Shown here: positions 31,405 to 41,485 of the stretch, piece by piece | Position numbering within the stretch: position 1 is the first letter of the stretch | Layout: each line of letters begins with the position of its first letter | From: a virus | Virus record (IMG/VR): IMGVR_UViG_3300017977_000066 | Location: 90,897 to 154,896 of that record | Reading direction: 5' to 3' (one strand) | Length of the DNA: 64,000 nucleotides | Notes under the pieces: generated by a model | What the model was told of the DNA's origin: nothing | The model's database searches: none | The model's input: the letters and a program-made list of their open reading frames with translations, nothing else | Translations under genes and position numbers: made by a program

Positions 31405-32787
31405 ATGGTTAAAGTTGAGAAATTTTATGCAGGTCTATTAGACATGCTTAATCTTAAGATGGATAACAGCGGTACTATCATGATAAATCATGGTGGCGTG
31501 GATACACCTATATTAGTAAATGGGCTAGAGATGGTTCTACCTACTACTATGAATATTAAAGAGGCTGTAGTTATTAAAGATGGTGTACCTACTCCAAATA
31601 AGTATATATTCAACCCTCTAAGTGAGTCTGTAGTAAGTGGGAGTAACGAGTCTCTTAATAAGTTCAAGATGATACTAGAGCTTAAGCTACTAGGTACTAT
31701 ATTTGCTATAGGTGAGAACCTGTTTAGCATACTATCTGATAAAGATGTTGAAGTTAACGATATCATCATCAGCAAGTACTTAGTGAAGCTTAACAGATTC
31801 AAGACTTCAGGTGTTAGACAGATGATAGATGGTAAGACAGTTAGTGTTTGGGCAGACCTCTATAATAATGTCATAACTAAATTTGATAAAGATAAGTTCC
31901 TATCTCTTTATATTAAGAAAGGTGGGCTCTTAGACTCTGTTAAATATAATCGTTTAGGTGTTATAACATTCCCATTTATAGAGGCTTTAGATAAACATGC
32001 TGTTAAAGATGGTAAGTTCATGGATGTTAGTATCAGAAATAAAGATAAGAGTGCTATCGTAAGTCTCTTCGAGTTCCTATTCTGGGATAAAGAAGAGTTA
32101 TTAAATGGTAAACAATATGGTAGCCTTAATAAGATATCTCCTAGCATGCATACATTACTCATGATGTATAATGATATCTATGACTCGTTAAAAGATATAT
32201 TAGCCTCACTAGGTGAGTTAGACATGGATGCCAATATCAAAGAGATGATAACACTTAAACCTTTGCCTTTTAACATAGCTACTCTATCTGACATCATAGA
32301 AGATCTAAGCACTGATGTTAAACAGATACCAGCAGTTGGTGATGTAACAGCTATGCAGAACTTCGGTAAAACACAAGAGCCTGTTAGTAACCAACAAGCT
32401 ATTACACAGCAAGTTGAAGAAGCCCCTAAGAGTTATAGTAACCCATGGGATAAGTTAGCTTCTGAAGGTAATAGAAGACCTACTGCACAGGCTAACCCAT
32501 TACCACTCATGCAAGGCACTCCCATAAATGCTAGCTCTCCAGTTATGCAGACACCTGTAACACAACCAATGACCAACCCTCCTTTATATGGACAACAACA
32601 AATAGGTTATGGTAACCAACAACCTGTATATATGAACCAACAACAGCAACAACAACAGTATGGCGGACCATCAGTTAGACAGATCAACCCTATGAGCAAC
32701 CAGCCAGTTTATGGTAACAACACGGGCATGCAGCAACATGTACCCATGATGCATGGACAACAAATATCTTCAGACCCTTGGGTATGA
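31405..32787 (+). CDS. phiKZ gp70-like protein with Q/P/M-rich disordered tail
   Basis: FNPLSESVVSGSNES motif; low-complexity C-terminal ~140 aa with Q7. Confidence 0.7.
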   Translation: MVKVEKFYAGLLDMLNLKMDNSGTIMINHGGVDTPILVNGLEMVLPTTMNIKEAVVIKDGVPTPNKYIFNPLSESVVSGSNESLNKFKMILELKLLGTIFAIGENLFSILSDKDVEVNDIIISKYLVKLNRFKTSGVRQMIDGKTVSVWADLYNNVITKFDKDKFLSLYIKKGGLLDSVKYNRLGVITFPFIEALDKHAVKDGKFMDVSIRNKDKSAIVSLFEFLFWDKEELLNGKQYGSLNKISPSMHTLLMMYNDIYDSLKDILASLGELDMDANIKEMITLKPLPFNIATLSDIIEDLSTDVKQIPAVGDVTAMQNFGKTQEPVSNQQAITQQVEEAPKSYSNPWDKLASEGNRRPTAQANPLPLMQGTPINASSPVMQTPVTQPMTNPPLYGQQQIGYGNQQPVYMNQQQQQQQYGGPSVRQINPMSNQPVYGNNTGMQQHVPMMHGQQISSDPWV

Positions 32788-32790
32788 TGC

Positions 32791-32829
32791 ATGATAGGTT
32801 AGCATATGCTAACCTATCATTTTTTTTTT
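32791..32829 (+). terminator. Perfect 30-bp palindrome plus T-run
   Basis: atgataggttagcatatgctaacctatcat followed by T9. Confidence 0.8.
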
Positions 32830-32873
32830 AGTTCAGCTTCGATGGCTTGAATAACCAATCACTAGGAGTTAAC

Positions 32874-33224
32874 ATGGCTTCCGTTTTAGAACTGTTAGAT
32901 AGCGATACTATGGGTATCAGTAAAGATAATATACATGATGTCCTTTCATTAATAAAAGGTAGTGGTTTTAGTAGCAACCTTATAACTACTATGGTAGACC
33001 CAGTAGATGCTAGGAGATATAAAGGTAATTTCTTTGGTCTCTTAAAGAATGTCTTAGGTGTACCTAACTCTGCTATATACATGAACATTATATTAAATGG
33101 CTATGACTCATCACTAGACTATGAAGGTAAACTACACATCAGCCTTCTCAGTAACGATGTAGCACAGAGTATCATGATCTACCTACAAGAAGAAAAAACA
33201 ATAAAAGCTAACATAGGATTTTAG
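32874..33224 (+). CDS. Conserved phiKZ-like small protein
   Basis: RYKGNFFGLL..LGVP...ILNGY motif; SD AGGAG before ATG 32874. Confidence 0.7.
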   Translation: MASVLELLDSDTMGISKDNIHDVLSLIKGSGFSSNLITTMVDPVDARRYKGNFFGLLKNVLGVPNSAIYMNIILNGYDSSLDYEGKLHISLLSNDVAQSIMIYLQEEKTIKANIGF

Positions 33225-33231
33225 TCCTATG

Positions 33232-33747
33232 TTAGCTTTCTAATCTTGTAACGTTGTTTTCTAGTTTTTCTATATCTTTTCTTATATGTGTTAACTCATA
33301 TGTAGCTATACTCTTAATCTCATTCTCAAGACTCATTAACTTACTAGCATTATCAGAACCCACATCTCTAACATCATCTACTTTACTATATACCTTATCA
33401 AGGGCCTCAAAATTATCTTTTCTAACAGCCTCTAGTTTAATACTAAGTTTTTCAGAATAGCTACTCTTTAAAGTAGATAGCTCATTAACTAGGTTTTTAA
33501 CTTCATTTTGTAATTTTGTATCCAGTAAAACAACCGTATCAGCTACTTCTTTATTTCTAGAGTTAACTTCTTTCTCATACTCTTTTTTTAATGTATTTAT
33601 TTCACTATATAAGGAATCTATGTTAGAACTGTTTTTCTTAGCTATTAATGTATTTTTCTCAGAGTCACTCTTAACTTTAAAAAATACAGCTAACCCAGAT
33701 ACTACTGCTACTATTATAGATATAAATGTACTACTCTCGAATACCAT
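33232..33747 (-). CDS. Single-TM membrane-anchored coiled-coil protein
   Basis: N-terminal FISIIVAVVSGLAVFF, then heptad-rich helix. Confidence 0.7.
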   Translation of the reverse strand: MVFESSTFISIIVAVVSGLAVFFKVKSDSEKNTLIAKKNSSNIDSLYSEINTLKKEYEKEVNSRNKEVADTVVLLDTKLQNEVKNLVNELSTLKSSYSEKLSIKLEAVRKDNFEALDKVYSKVDDVRDVGSDNASKLMSLENEIKSIATYELTHIRKDIEKLENNVTRLES

Positions 33748-33812
33748 GTTATCCCCCTCTTATATTTATTTAATTCAACAAATTAAAGCATCTGCTTATA
33801 CTTTTTTTATAC

Positions 33813-33848
33813 TTTCATTTCTTTTATAATCATATATTACTCATATGA
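33813..33848 (+). promoter_or_regulatory. Early promoter; 36 bp identical to 28053..28088
   Basis: Exact repeat upstream of nvRNAP beta-C gene. Confidence 0.8.
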
Positions 33849-33895
33849 GCTCAGGACTTAAAACCCTAGCTATAATAAAAAAACAGGAGTAATAA

Positions 33896-35122
33896 ATGTT
33901 AGAACAAAACATACCGTATCTAAATGAAGTAAAACATAACTTCATAGAGCAAGATCCGAACTACCAGTTAGATGCTAAATATTTTAGTGCATCAGCTATG
34001 AACTCATTCGCAGATCACTCTAGTTCATCAAGATCAGTGATGTTCTCATCTCACATGTCACAACCAGTAGTTATAGACGACCCAGATATCAACATGGTGC
34101 AGTCAGGATTAGAATATGACTTCGCTAAGTATACCATATCTAAGTATGTAGATAACCCATCTGAAGTAGTAGCCATAATAAAGAGATATAGATCTCTAGA
34201 TAGGAACGATGAGTCTAGTACCGCAGAAACTATTGTTATGTTCAAAGATTTAACTACGGGTGTACTAGATGCTTTAGAGATACCTACCTTTAATAAATTA
34301 CACCCATATTTTGGATATAAGTTCAATACTGAGAAGCTATCGGAGTTATCTATAGGTGATACTATAACTAGTGATGATAAACTAGGAGCCTCACCTTCTA
34401 ACATAGGTGATCATGACTATGGTTATGGTAAAGACTTAAATGTAATACAGATGACCATACCAGCTGTTGATGAAGATGGTTTTGTTATAAGTGAATCTTG
34501 TGCTAAGAAATTCCAGTTCAGTGTTTTTGATACTAGAACCATAGAAGTAGGTGAGTCTAGTTTTCTACTAAACCTGTATGGAGAAGATGGTGAGTATAAA
34601 CCATTACCAGATATAGGTGAAAAGATAAGTGATACTGGAGCTATAGCCGTTATAAGGAACTATGATGAAGATTTCTCACCTGTAGCTATGGGTATAGAAG
34701 ATGTTAAGAAGTTTAACCCTATATTCGATAAGGCTGTATATGGTAGACATCCTAGATCTACTATAGTTGACATCAAGATCCATAAGAACAACAAGAGGAA
34801 GAAAACACTTCCTACTGGTACTGAGAAGTATTGTGAGGAGTATAGCGATAAGCTAGTTAACTTCTACCAGCAGATCATCAACACCTATGATAGTATTAAT
34901 GATGCTAACAAAAGATCGTTAGGTAGAGAGGTGGAAGTTGGTAATACTTTATACACACTATTATCAGAAGCATATGGTGTAACTGAAGCTAGTAAACCAA
35001 ATTCAAAACTACGTTATAAATATAGAAAAGATAATGTAGATCTGTATAGAATAGAAGTCACTACTGAGACTCATTTCGATAGGCTGTTTATAGGAGCAAA
35101 GATTACAGATAATATAGGAGGC
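33896..35122 (+). CDS. nvRNAP beta subunit C-terminal part, exon 1 (phiKZ gp71-73-like)
   Basis: SSSRSVMFSSHMSQ, EDGFVISES; ends GAKITDNIGG, the first half of GDKxxGRHGNKG. Confidence 0.9.
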
Positions 35123-35750
35123 GATTTATTAACGGATTAGTTAGGTGTTGATTTGTACATATATAGATGTTCTATACGGGATAAACTTTGAATACTAAAA
35201 CCTATTTTAGGGGTAGGATGTTTAAAGCTGTATACAGCATGCATGTAACTTGTATAAATAAATGTTAACTAACTGTTAAAATATTACCAGCTTAGGTAGA
35301 GATGCTTAAGTTAAAATCTTGCTAATGACGGGAAGCGACTAAAGATCCATATACTAACCGAACCTGGGAAACCAGATTAATAGAGTTCGGGGCATAGTTA
35401 ACTACTATGGTATAGTAAAAAGTATGGATATGGTATTAAGTTACCAGTGCAGACGATCACTCTACTTGACTAACACTTAAAGTATGACATAACATGTACA
35501 ATGCGTAATCCGCAGCGAAGACCCTAACTCTATTAAAGACACGGGTTGTGCTCAACGACTAAGGGATTTTCCACCCTGTAGGACCCAAGTGGGTAGACAT
35601 AAGTCTTTAAATCGAAATGCTAGAGATCCTAACCTGTAATATAAGTAGTGTTATGCTTAGGAAGGATCTAGATATAGTCTGGACATGTATGGAAAGCATA
35701 CAGAAGTTCATAAGAGAACTGGTTCATCTAACGAATGGGCTGAACACACG
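35123..35750 (+). ncRNA. Group I self-splicing intron (IA-like), no intact endonuclease ORF
   Basis: P AATGACGGGAAG 35324-35, Q AATCCGCAGC 35507-16, R GCTCAACGACTA 35550-61, S AGATATAGTC 35670-79; P2 with GAGA tetraloop; P7.1/7.2-like hairpins; omega G at 35750; removal restores GG|KGTI in frame. Confidence 0.92.
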
Positions 35751-36764
35751 AAAGGAACGATCGTAGACATCTTACCTGATGATAAGATGCCTAGAGATAA
35801 ATTTGGGAATGTAGCAGACATCATCATAGATCCAAAATCTACCATATCTAGACTTAATATAGGCAGACTTTATGAGATGTATACTAAGGCTTCTATAGTT
35901 AAGGTATCTGCTATGATAAAACACGAGGTGTCTAAGATATCTAAGAAGTTAGACTTGGACGAGTTAAAAGATGAAGACATCTATAGCATATATGATATCA
36001 TCATAGACTACCTATCTATATACGACAATGACTATACTAAAGTCATCATAGCTGTTAAACAAGAGAAAGATCTTGATGCTATGCTATCCGTCATAAGTGA
36101 AGCTGTAACAGATAAGCTAAGAGTATATCTTCCATTAGATAACACTAAGAGGAAGTATGAGATAGTTAATGATATAGAATTAAGTAAATATGCCCCTATA
36201 AATGATAAAGTGTATATGGATGCTAGCATGACTACTGAGTCTGTAGACCCTATGCTCATAACTCCATTATACATGTTCATGCTTAGTAAGATAGCTGACT
36301 CTACATTAGCATCTGCTTCTAGTAAAGTAAATCACTTTGGTTTACCTGTAGTTGCTAATAAGACTGATAAGTTTGATTTCCCACATAAGAACTCTCCTGG
36401 TAGATTCTTAGGAGAGACTGAGCTTAGAATATTATCTGCTTATACAGATCCTAAATTTGTAGCTGAGTATAGGGATAGGAATGCTAATGTTAATACCCAT
36501 AGGGAAGTCTATAAGAATCTACTCTCTGCTGACAAGCCTACTAATGTAGAAACTTTAGTAGATCGTAGTAAACATCCTTATGGTAGAGATCGCGCATTAG
36601 AGATACTTATGTCTCTATGGAACAGCGCTGGTTTTACATTAGGGCATGTGGAAGATAAACATCCTGATTATGAGTATGTAGGACAAACTGATGATGGGAT
36701 CATAGGTGCGGGGGAATTGGTTTCTATGTCTGATATAGATATAGAGAATGAAGATGAAAATTAA
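35751..36764 (+). CDS. nvRNAP beta subunit C-terminal part, exon 2
   Basis: KGTIVDILPDDKMP, ADIIIDP, SRLNIGRLYE, RFLGETE; spliced product 746 aa. Confidence 0.9.
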   Translation, partial: KGTIVDILPDDKMPRDKFGNVADIIIDPKSTISRLNIGRLYEMYTKASIVKVSAMIKHEVSKISKKLDLDELKDEDIYSIYDIIIDYLSIYDNDYTKVIIAVKQEKDLDAMLSVISEAVTDKLRVYLPLDNTKRKYEIVNDIELSKYAPINDKVYMDASMTTESVDPMLITPLYMFMLSKIADSTLASASSKVNHFGLPVVANKTDKFDFPHKNSPGRFLGETELRILSAYTDPKFVAEYRDRNANVNTHREVYKNLLSADKPTNVETLVDRSKHPYGRDRALEILMSLWNSAGFTLGHVEDKHPDYEYVGQTDDGIIGAGELVSMSDIDIENEDEN

Positions 36765-36770
36765 GGAGAT

Positions 36771-38813
36771 GTGATGGTTAATGTCCATAACATATTAAAG
36801 TACGATAGAACGAAAATCTTAGATCTAAAAGATAACCTTAACATCATGTTCGATGATGGTGTATCTGTCTATGATGCTTCTTATAAGAAGGTTATCATGT
36901 TCAGGTATATACTGGACTTCATAAGCAGATACGATATAAGCATAACATCTGATCTTTGGATAGATAACAATGCTAAGAATGGGTTGTTTACAAGTGGCAC
37001 TTATCTTAACATCTATAGTAATATATTTAAGACCATAGTTAAGAGGCAGATCCAGTTGGAACAATCTAACAGCATCATGCATCCTCTTCTTATAGATATG
37101 TATACTGCTATAACAAGAGTGAACGCTGTACTAGTTAGTAAGTTCGCTAACTACTCTGTATCTACTAGTATATTAGATATCTTAGAGATACAGTATAACA
37201 AAGAGCTCTTGGATGCATTAATAGTATCTAACGAGAAGAAGAGTGTACCTGCTGTTAATGAGACTTATAATGTAGTAGATAAGATCATGAAGTATGAGGA
37301 GTATAAATATAACCCTATCAATTTGTTCTACACATCTGGTATCGTTAGTATAGATCAGATCAAACAGCTATTAGGAAGTAGGGGTTTTATAACAGAGATA
37401 GATAGTAAAGTATTCTCAGTACCTATGACTAATAGTTTTGCATTAGGGTTCAAGAATCCTTATGAAGCTGCCATAGAATCTAGAGCTGGTGCTAAAGCTT
37501 TATTCCTAGCTAGTAAAGCTATACAAGATTCTGAGTATATGTCTAGAGAGCTTCAGTTAGTAACCATGGTTATAGAAGGTATCTATCTAGGAGATTGTGG
37601 TAATCCATCATATATAAAATACTTTGTTAAGCCTAAGGAGTATGATAATGATGGTAAGGAGGTTTATAATGGAGATATAAAACTTCTTATAGGTAAGCAT
37701 TATAAGATAGATGATGACTCTCCTGAGTCTATCATAGACGGTACTGAAGAGCATTTAGCTGGTAAGTTCATATTACTTAGATTTGCAGCATCATGTGGAC
37801 TTAAACATAAGAACAAGATATGTAGTGCTTGTGCAGGTGAGCTAACTGAAACTGTATTTAGCCATCAGAACTTAGGTAACTTATCTACTGTTAACCTAAC
37901 TTCTAAACTATCGCAATCTTTATTAAGCGCTAAGCACTTATTGAAATCAGCTTCAGCATCTACAACATCATTACCAGCAGTTGCTAAGAAACATTTCCTT
38001 ATTAAGAACAGTGGTCCTTATATTAACAATGTGTTCTTTAAGGCTAATGTAATTAATAAGAAAGTTAAGAAAGTATATCTTAAGATAAAGCAATCTGAAG
38101 CTTGGGGTTTAAGTAGCATCATGGATATAAAAGATCTGTTCTCTATTAATATAGCTAAGATAACTAGGTTATCAGAGTTGGTATTAACTACAGATCCAGA
38201 AGATGCTAGTAGTGATATAACATTACCAGTTAAAGCAGGTGCTAAATATGCTCACTTAACTATGTATGCATTATCACATATCATCAATCATGGTTATGAT
38301 GTATTCGATGAAGAGTATTTTATCATAGATATCAATGATTTCTCTACCGCCTCTCCGTTGTTTAAATATGACGATGTGGAATTTGATTTCTCTGCACTAG
38401 GTAAAGAAGTTAAAAGGCTACTTAAGACTAGGAGTTATAAGTATGTTAATGATAAGATAAGATCTGAATATACCGCCGATGTTCTAGTACAGAGACTATT
38501 CGATCTCATTAACAAGAAGCTTAATATTAACATCACCATCTTAGAGGTCATAGCTTATGCTTTTACAGTACAAAATCTTAATGAGCTTAACTATGACTTA
38601 GGTAGGAATGCAACTACTAAAAATATAGTTGGGTTCAAAGAGGCCATCAACTTTAGAAGTATAGGAGCATCATATGGTTGGGATGCGCTACAGCAGAAGA
38701 TACTTAATCCTACACTCTATATAGCCGACAATAAACCCGATCATCCGCTAGATACTATATTTGCACCTAATGAGGTAGTTAATAAGTTCCTAAAAGAGCC
38801 AGCTAATAGATAA
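36771..38813 (+). CDS. nvRNAP beta' subunit C-terminal part (phiKZ gp74-like)
   Basis: RGFITEID, ESRAGAKAL, SEYMSRELQL, DCG, Zn site C..ICSACAG, SQSLLSAKH. Confidence 0.9.
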   Translation: MMVNVHNILKYDRTKILDLKDNLNIMFDDGVSVYDASYKKVIMFRYILDFISRYDISITSDLWIDNNAKNGLFTSGTYLNIYSNIFKTIVKRQIQLEQSNSIMHPLLIDMYTAITRVNAVLVSKFANYSVSTSILDILEIQYNKELLDALIVSNEKKSVPAVNETYNVVDKIMKYEEYKYNPINLFYTSGIVSIDQIKQLLGSRGFITEIDSKVFSVPMTNSFALGFKNPYEAAIESRAGAKALFLASKAIQDSEYMSRELQLVTMVIEGIYLGDCGNPSYIKYFVKPKEYDNDGKEVYNGDIKLLIGKHYKIDDDSPESIIDGTEEHLAGKFILLRFAASCGLKHKNKICSACAGELTETVFSHQNLGNLSTVNLTSKLSQSLLSAKHLLKSASASTTSLPAVAKKHFLIKNSGPYINNVFFKANVINKKVKKVYLKIKQSEAWGLSSIMDIKDLFSINIAKITRLSELVLTTDPEDASSDITLPVKAGAKYAHLTMYALSHIINHGYDVFDEEYFIIDINDFSTASPLFKYDDVEFDFSALGKEVKRLLKTRSYKYVNDKIRSEYTADVLVQRLFDLINKKLNINITILEVIAYAFTVQNLNELNYDLGRNATTKNIVGFKEAINFRSIGASYGWDALQQKILNPTLYIADNKPDHPLDTIFAPNEVVNKFLKEPANR

Positions 38814-38911
38814 CATCATACATGGGTAAATTACATTACCCATGTATATATGCTTTTTTATTTTATATTTTGAATATTTTTTACTAAGATATTAAATGTA
38901 AGCTATAAAGG

Positions 38912-39280
38912 ATGACCATGGATGAAGAGTGCGATTTTGGCAATATGTCAAAGACTATAGATGATAGAGAGACGATGCTTAAGTATTCGTTATTTTTTAT
39001 TTTAGGAACTAACATAGGTATCTTTATGATGATATGCCTACTGTTTAATAACATAGAGTATAACTCAGTAATGCTTATGATAACTTTACTAGCTATAGAT
39101 GTTGTAGCTGCTGTTAGAATCTATTATGCTATTTATAAAGGAAATAAATTAAAAACATTTTTAAAGGAGTACAAGGAATGTAACTCTGAAGATAGAGTTA
39201 AGAAATTCTTTAGGATTATCATATATGTTATTCTAAATGTGCCCTCTTATAAGAAGTTTCTTAAGAAGGATCAGATATGA
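38912..39280 (+). CDS. Small two-TM membrane protein
   Basis: Two hydrophobic helices, basic C-terminus. Confidence 0.65.
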   Translation: MTMDEECDFGNMSKTIDDRETMLKYSLFFILGTNIGIFMMICLLFNNIEYNSVMLMITLLAIDVVAAVRIYYAIYKGNKLKTFLKEYKECNSEDRVKKFFRIIIYVILNVPSYKKFLKKDQI

Positions 39281-39753
39281 TGTTTTGTGTAAGAAAAATA
39301 AATGCTTGTATAAAGAAGAATCATGGCGAGAAAATCCTAGATGCCTTAGACTACATCATAACAGACTTAAAGTATACTGGTAAAATGGTATGGTTGAGAC
39401 TAATGGTAATGATGGTTTTAGCTGCTGTTATAGCAGGTGCATATCAAGGCGAACGGTTCAGCTTAACCGATGCTTATATAGCATTAGGTATATTGTCAAT
39501 TATGTTTCTTAGTAGCCTTATGAAACTCTCACATGTTAAACGGATAAAGAGTATAACTATTATTTATCTAGACGATGTTAGTATATTACTTAATGACAGC
39601 ACCTTGGACGAAGCTACATTACGACTTCGTATAGATAGCTTAACTAGAGTATACTCTAATGAGCTAGAAGCTATAAACAATATAGACGTATCTACATTAT
39701 TAGATGCCGCTTTTAATAAGAATAAACATGATCTACATCTCATACTGTCATAG
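39277..39753 (+). CDS. Small two-TM membrane protein
   Basis: Two hydrophobic helices; ATGA overlap with upstream gene. Confidence 0.65.
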   Translation: MMFCVRKINACIKKNHGEKILDALDYIITDLKYTGKMVWLRLMVMMVLAAVIAGAYQGERFSLTDAYIALGILSIMFLSSLMKLSHVKRIKSITIIYLDDVSILLNDSTLDEATLRLRIDSLTRVYSNELEAINNIDVSTLLDAAFNKNKHDLHLILS

Positions 39754-39790
39754 ACTAATGTCTATGGTGGTATCGTTTACTTTTTAAGCT

Positions 39791-39798
39791 TATATTAC
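39791..39798 (+). promoter_or_regulatory. Early promoter core TATATTAC
   Basis: tttttaagctTATATTACtaatatGACC. Confidence 0.75.
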
Positions 39799-39853
39799 TA
39801 ATATGACCAACTAGCTATAACTATATACAAGTAGCTATAAAAAAGGATGACAT

Positions 39854-41401
39854 ATGATAAGGATAGATAAATTTAAACAATATTTAACTATAACCTCTCT
39901 AACATTTTCTAAACTTTTATTTACCTTATATGATTTTAATAAGTCGCTCACTACTTATAAGATGGATATAAAGAGAAAGAACTATAGAGAGAAACCAGTT
40001 CTAACTAAGGAGATAGATAAGAAGTTCTTCATACTAGAGACAGAGAACCCATCTATACCTGATAGCAAGAACCAGATAAGATATAACATATCGCTATTAG
40101 ATACTTTATTAGAGTATCTAGGAGAGCGCGGCATAGATACATCTACTATAAAGATAGTAGAACATGAGTGTTATGTATTCGATCCTATAGAGATAAAACA
40201 TAATCCTGACTATACTCCAAGACCCTATCAGCAAAAATGTGCTGATACTACTGTTAAGTGGGATAAGAACAGCATCCTATATAACATAGGTACTGGTCTA
40301 GGTAAGACATTTATATCTATGTACACTATGAGCCTTATGAAGAAACGATTCAGTGTTATAGTACTACCTAGATATATAGAGAAGTGGATAGGAGATGTAA
40401 CCCATCTTACCGATATCAAGAGGGAGGAGATATTAGTGATACAAGGTAGTAAGGCTCTTATAGATATGTTATTAACTCCTGTAGATGAGCTTAAGCATTA
40501 TAAGGCCTCTATCATCAGTCTTAAGTCTTATACTCTATTCATCAAGAATTACTTAGAACATACATTACCTAGTATAGAGGGGTTAACACCTGATAATGTT
40601 TTTAAACATCTCTCTACAGAGATAGTAGTTAGTGATGAGTCACATCAAGAATACTTCAGAGTTAATGAAGTTAGCTTATTTGGTAACCTTAGATTAGTGA
40701 TAGGGTTAACAGCTACACTATTAAGTAAAGATGAAGATATGGAGAGGATGTACCAGTTATTATTTCCAGATAAGCATAGGATAACTAATATCATCCCTGT
40801 AGATAAATACATACTAGTTTATGCTATCAGATATACATTCCAGAATAAGAATAGGATAAGATACAAAACCCAGTTCGGTTATAACCATGCTACATTTGAA
40901 TCCTCATTATTTAAGCAGAGTGTTATAAGGAATAACTATTTTAAGATGGTGAGTCTGTTCTTAGAGAAGAGTTATCTTATCCGAAGAGATAAAGGTGACA
41001 AAGCTTTAGTGTTTTTCGGTACTGTAGATATGTGTTCTAAGTTCATAGAGTTCCTATCTAGTGATAATAAATATGGTGGTTTAAATATCAACAAGTATAC
41101 CCAAGAGGACGACTACTCTATTATAGGTGAGAGCGATATTATAGCTAGTACTATAGGTAGCTCTGGTACAGCTTTAGATATACCTAACCTTATAACCGTA
41201 TTACAAACAGTATCGGTAGGTTCCTACCAAGCTAATATACAAACCTTAGGTAGACTAAGGAAACAAGAGAAAGATACCTTATTCATATACTTCTATAGCT
41301 CTGACATACCATCGCAGATAAAACATAGTAGTACTAGATATAAGCTATTCAGAAATAAAGTCAAGCAGATAACATCTGTATCATATAGAGACTATGTATA
41401 A
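39854..41401 (+). CDS. SF2 DNA helicase (UvsW-like; phiKZ gp75-like)
   Basis: PRPYQ, GTGLGKT, DESH, TAT, QTLGRLR. Confidence 0.9.
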   Translation: MIRIDKFKQYLTITSLTFSKLLFTLYDFNKSLTTYKMDIKRKNYREKPVLTKEIDKKFFILETENPSIPDSKNQIRYNISLLDTLLEYLGERGIDTSTIKIVEHECYVFDPIEIKHNPDYTPRPYQQKCADTTVKWDKNSILYNIGTGLGKTFISMYTMSLMKKRFSVIVLPRYIEKWIGDVTHLTDIKREEILVIQGSKALIDMLLTPVDELKHYKASIISLKSYTLFIKNYLEHTLPSIEGLTPDNVFKHLSTEIVVSDESHQEYFRVNEVSLFGNLRLVIGLTATLLSKDEDMERMYQLLFPDKHRITNIIPVDKYILVYAIRYTFQNKNRIRYKTQFGYNHATFESSLFKQSVIRNNYFKMVSLFLEKSYLIRRDKGDKALVFFGTVDMCSKFIEFLSSDNKYGGLNINKYTQEDDYSIIGESDIIASTIGSSGTALDIPNLITVLQTVSVGSYQANIQTLGRLRKQEKDTLFIYFYSSDIPSQIKHSSTRYKLFRNKVKQITSVSYRDYV

Positions 41402-41429
41402 CTACATGGATTAATCCATGTAGTTATAC
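41396..41429. terminator. Perfect 34-bp palindrome
   Basis: gtataactacatggattaatccatgtagttatac. Confidence 0.7.
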
Positions 41430-41485
41430 TCTTTTACTGTTACCGATTTTTTATTTTGATAAATTACATTACATAAGGATAGGAT

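Noticed and set aside
35685-35750. ATG start of ORF 35685..36764 as an independent gene
   Set aside because: The first 22 codons are the intron P9 region; RNAP homology begins at KGT (35751)
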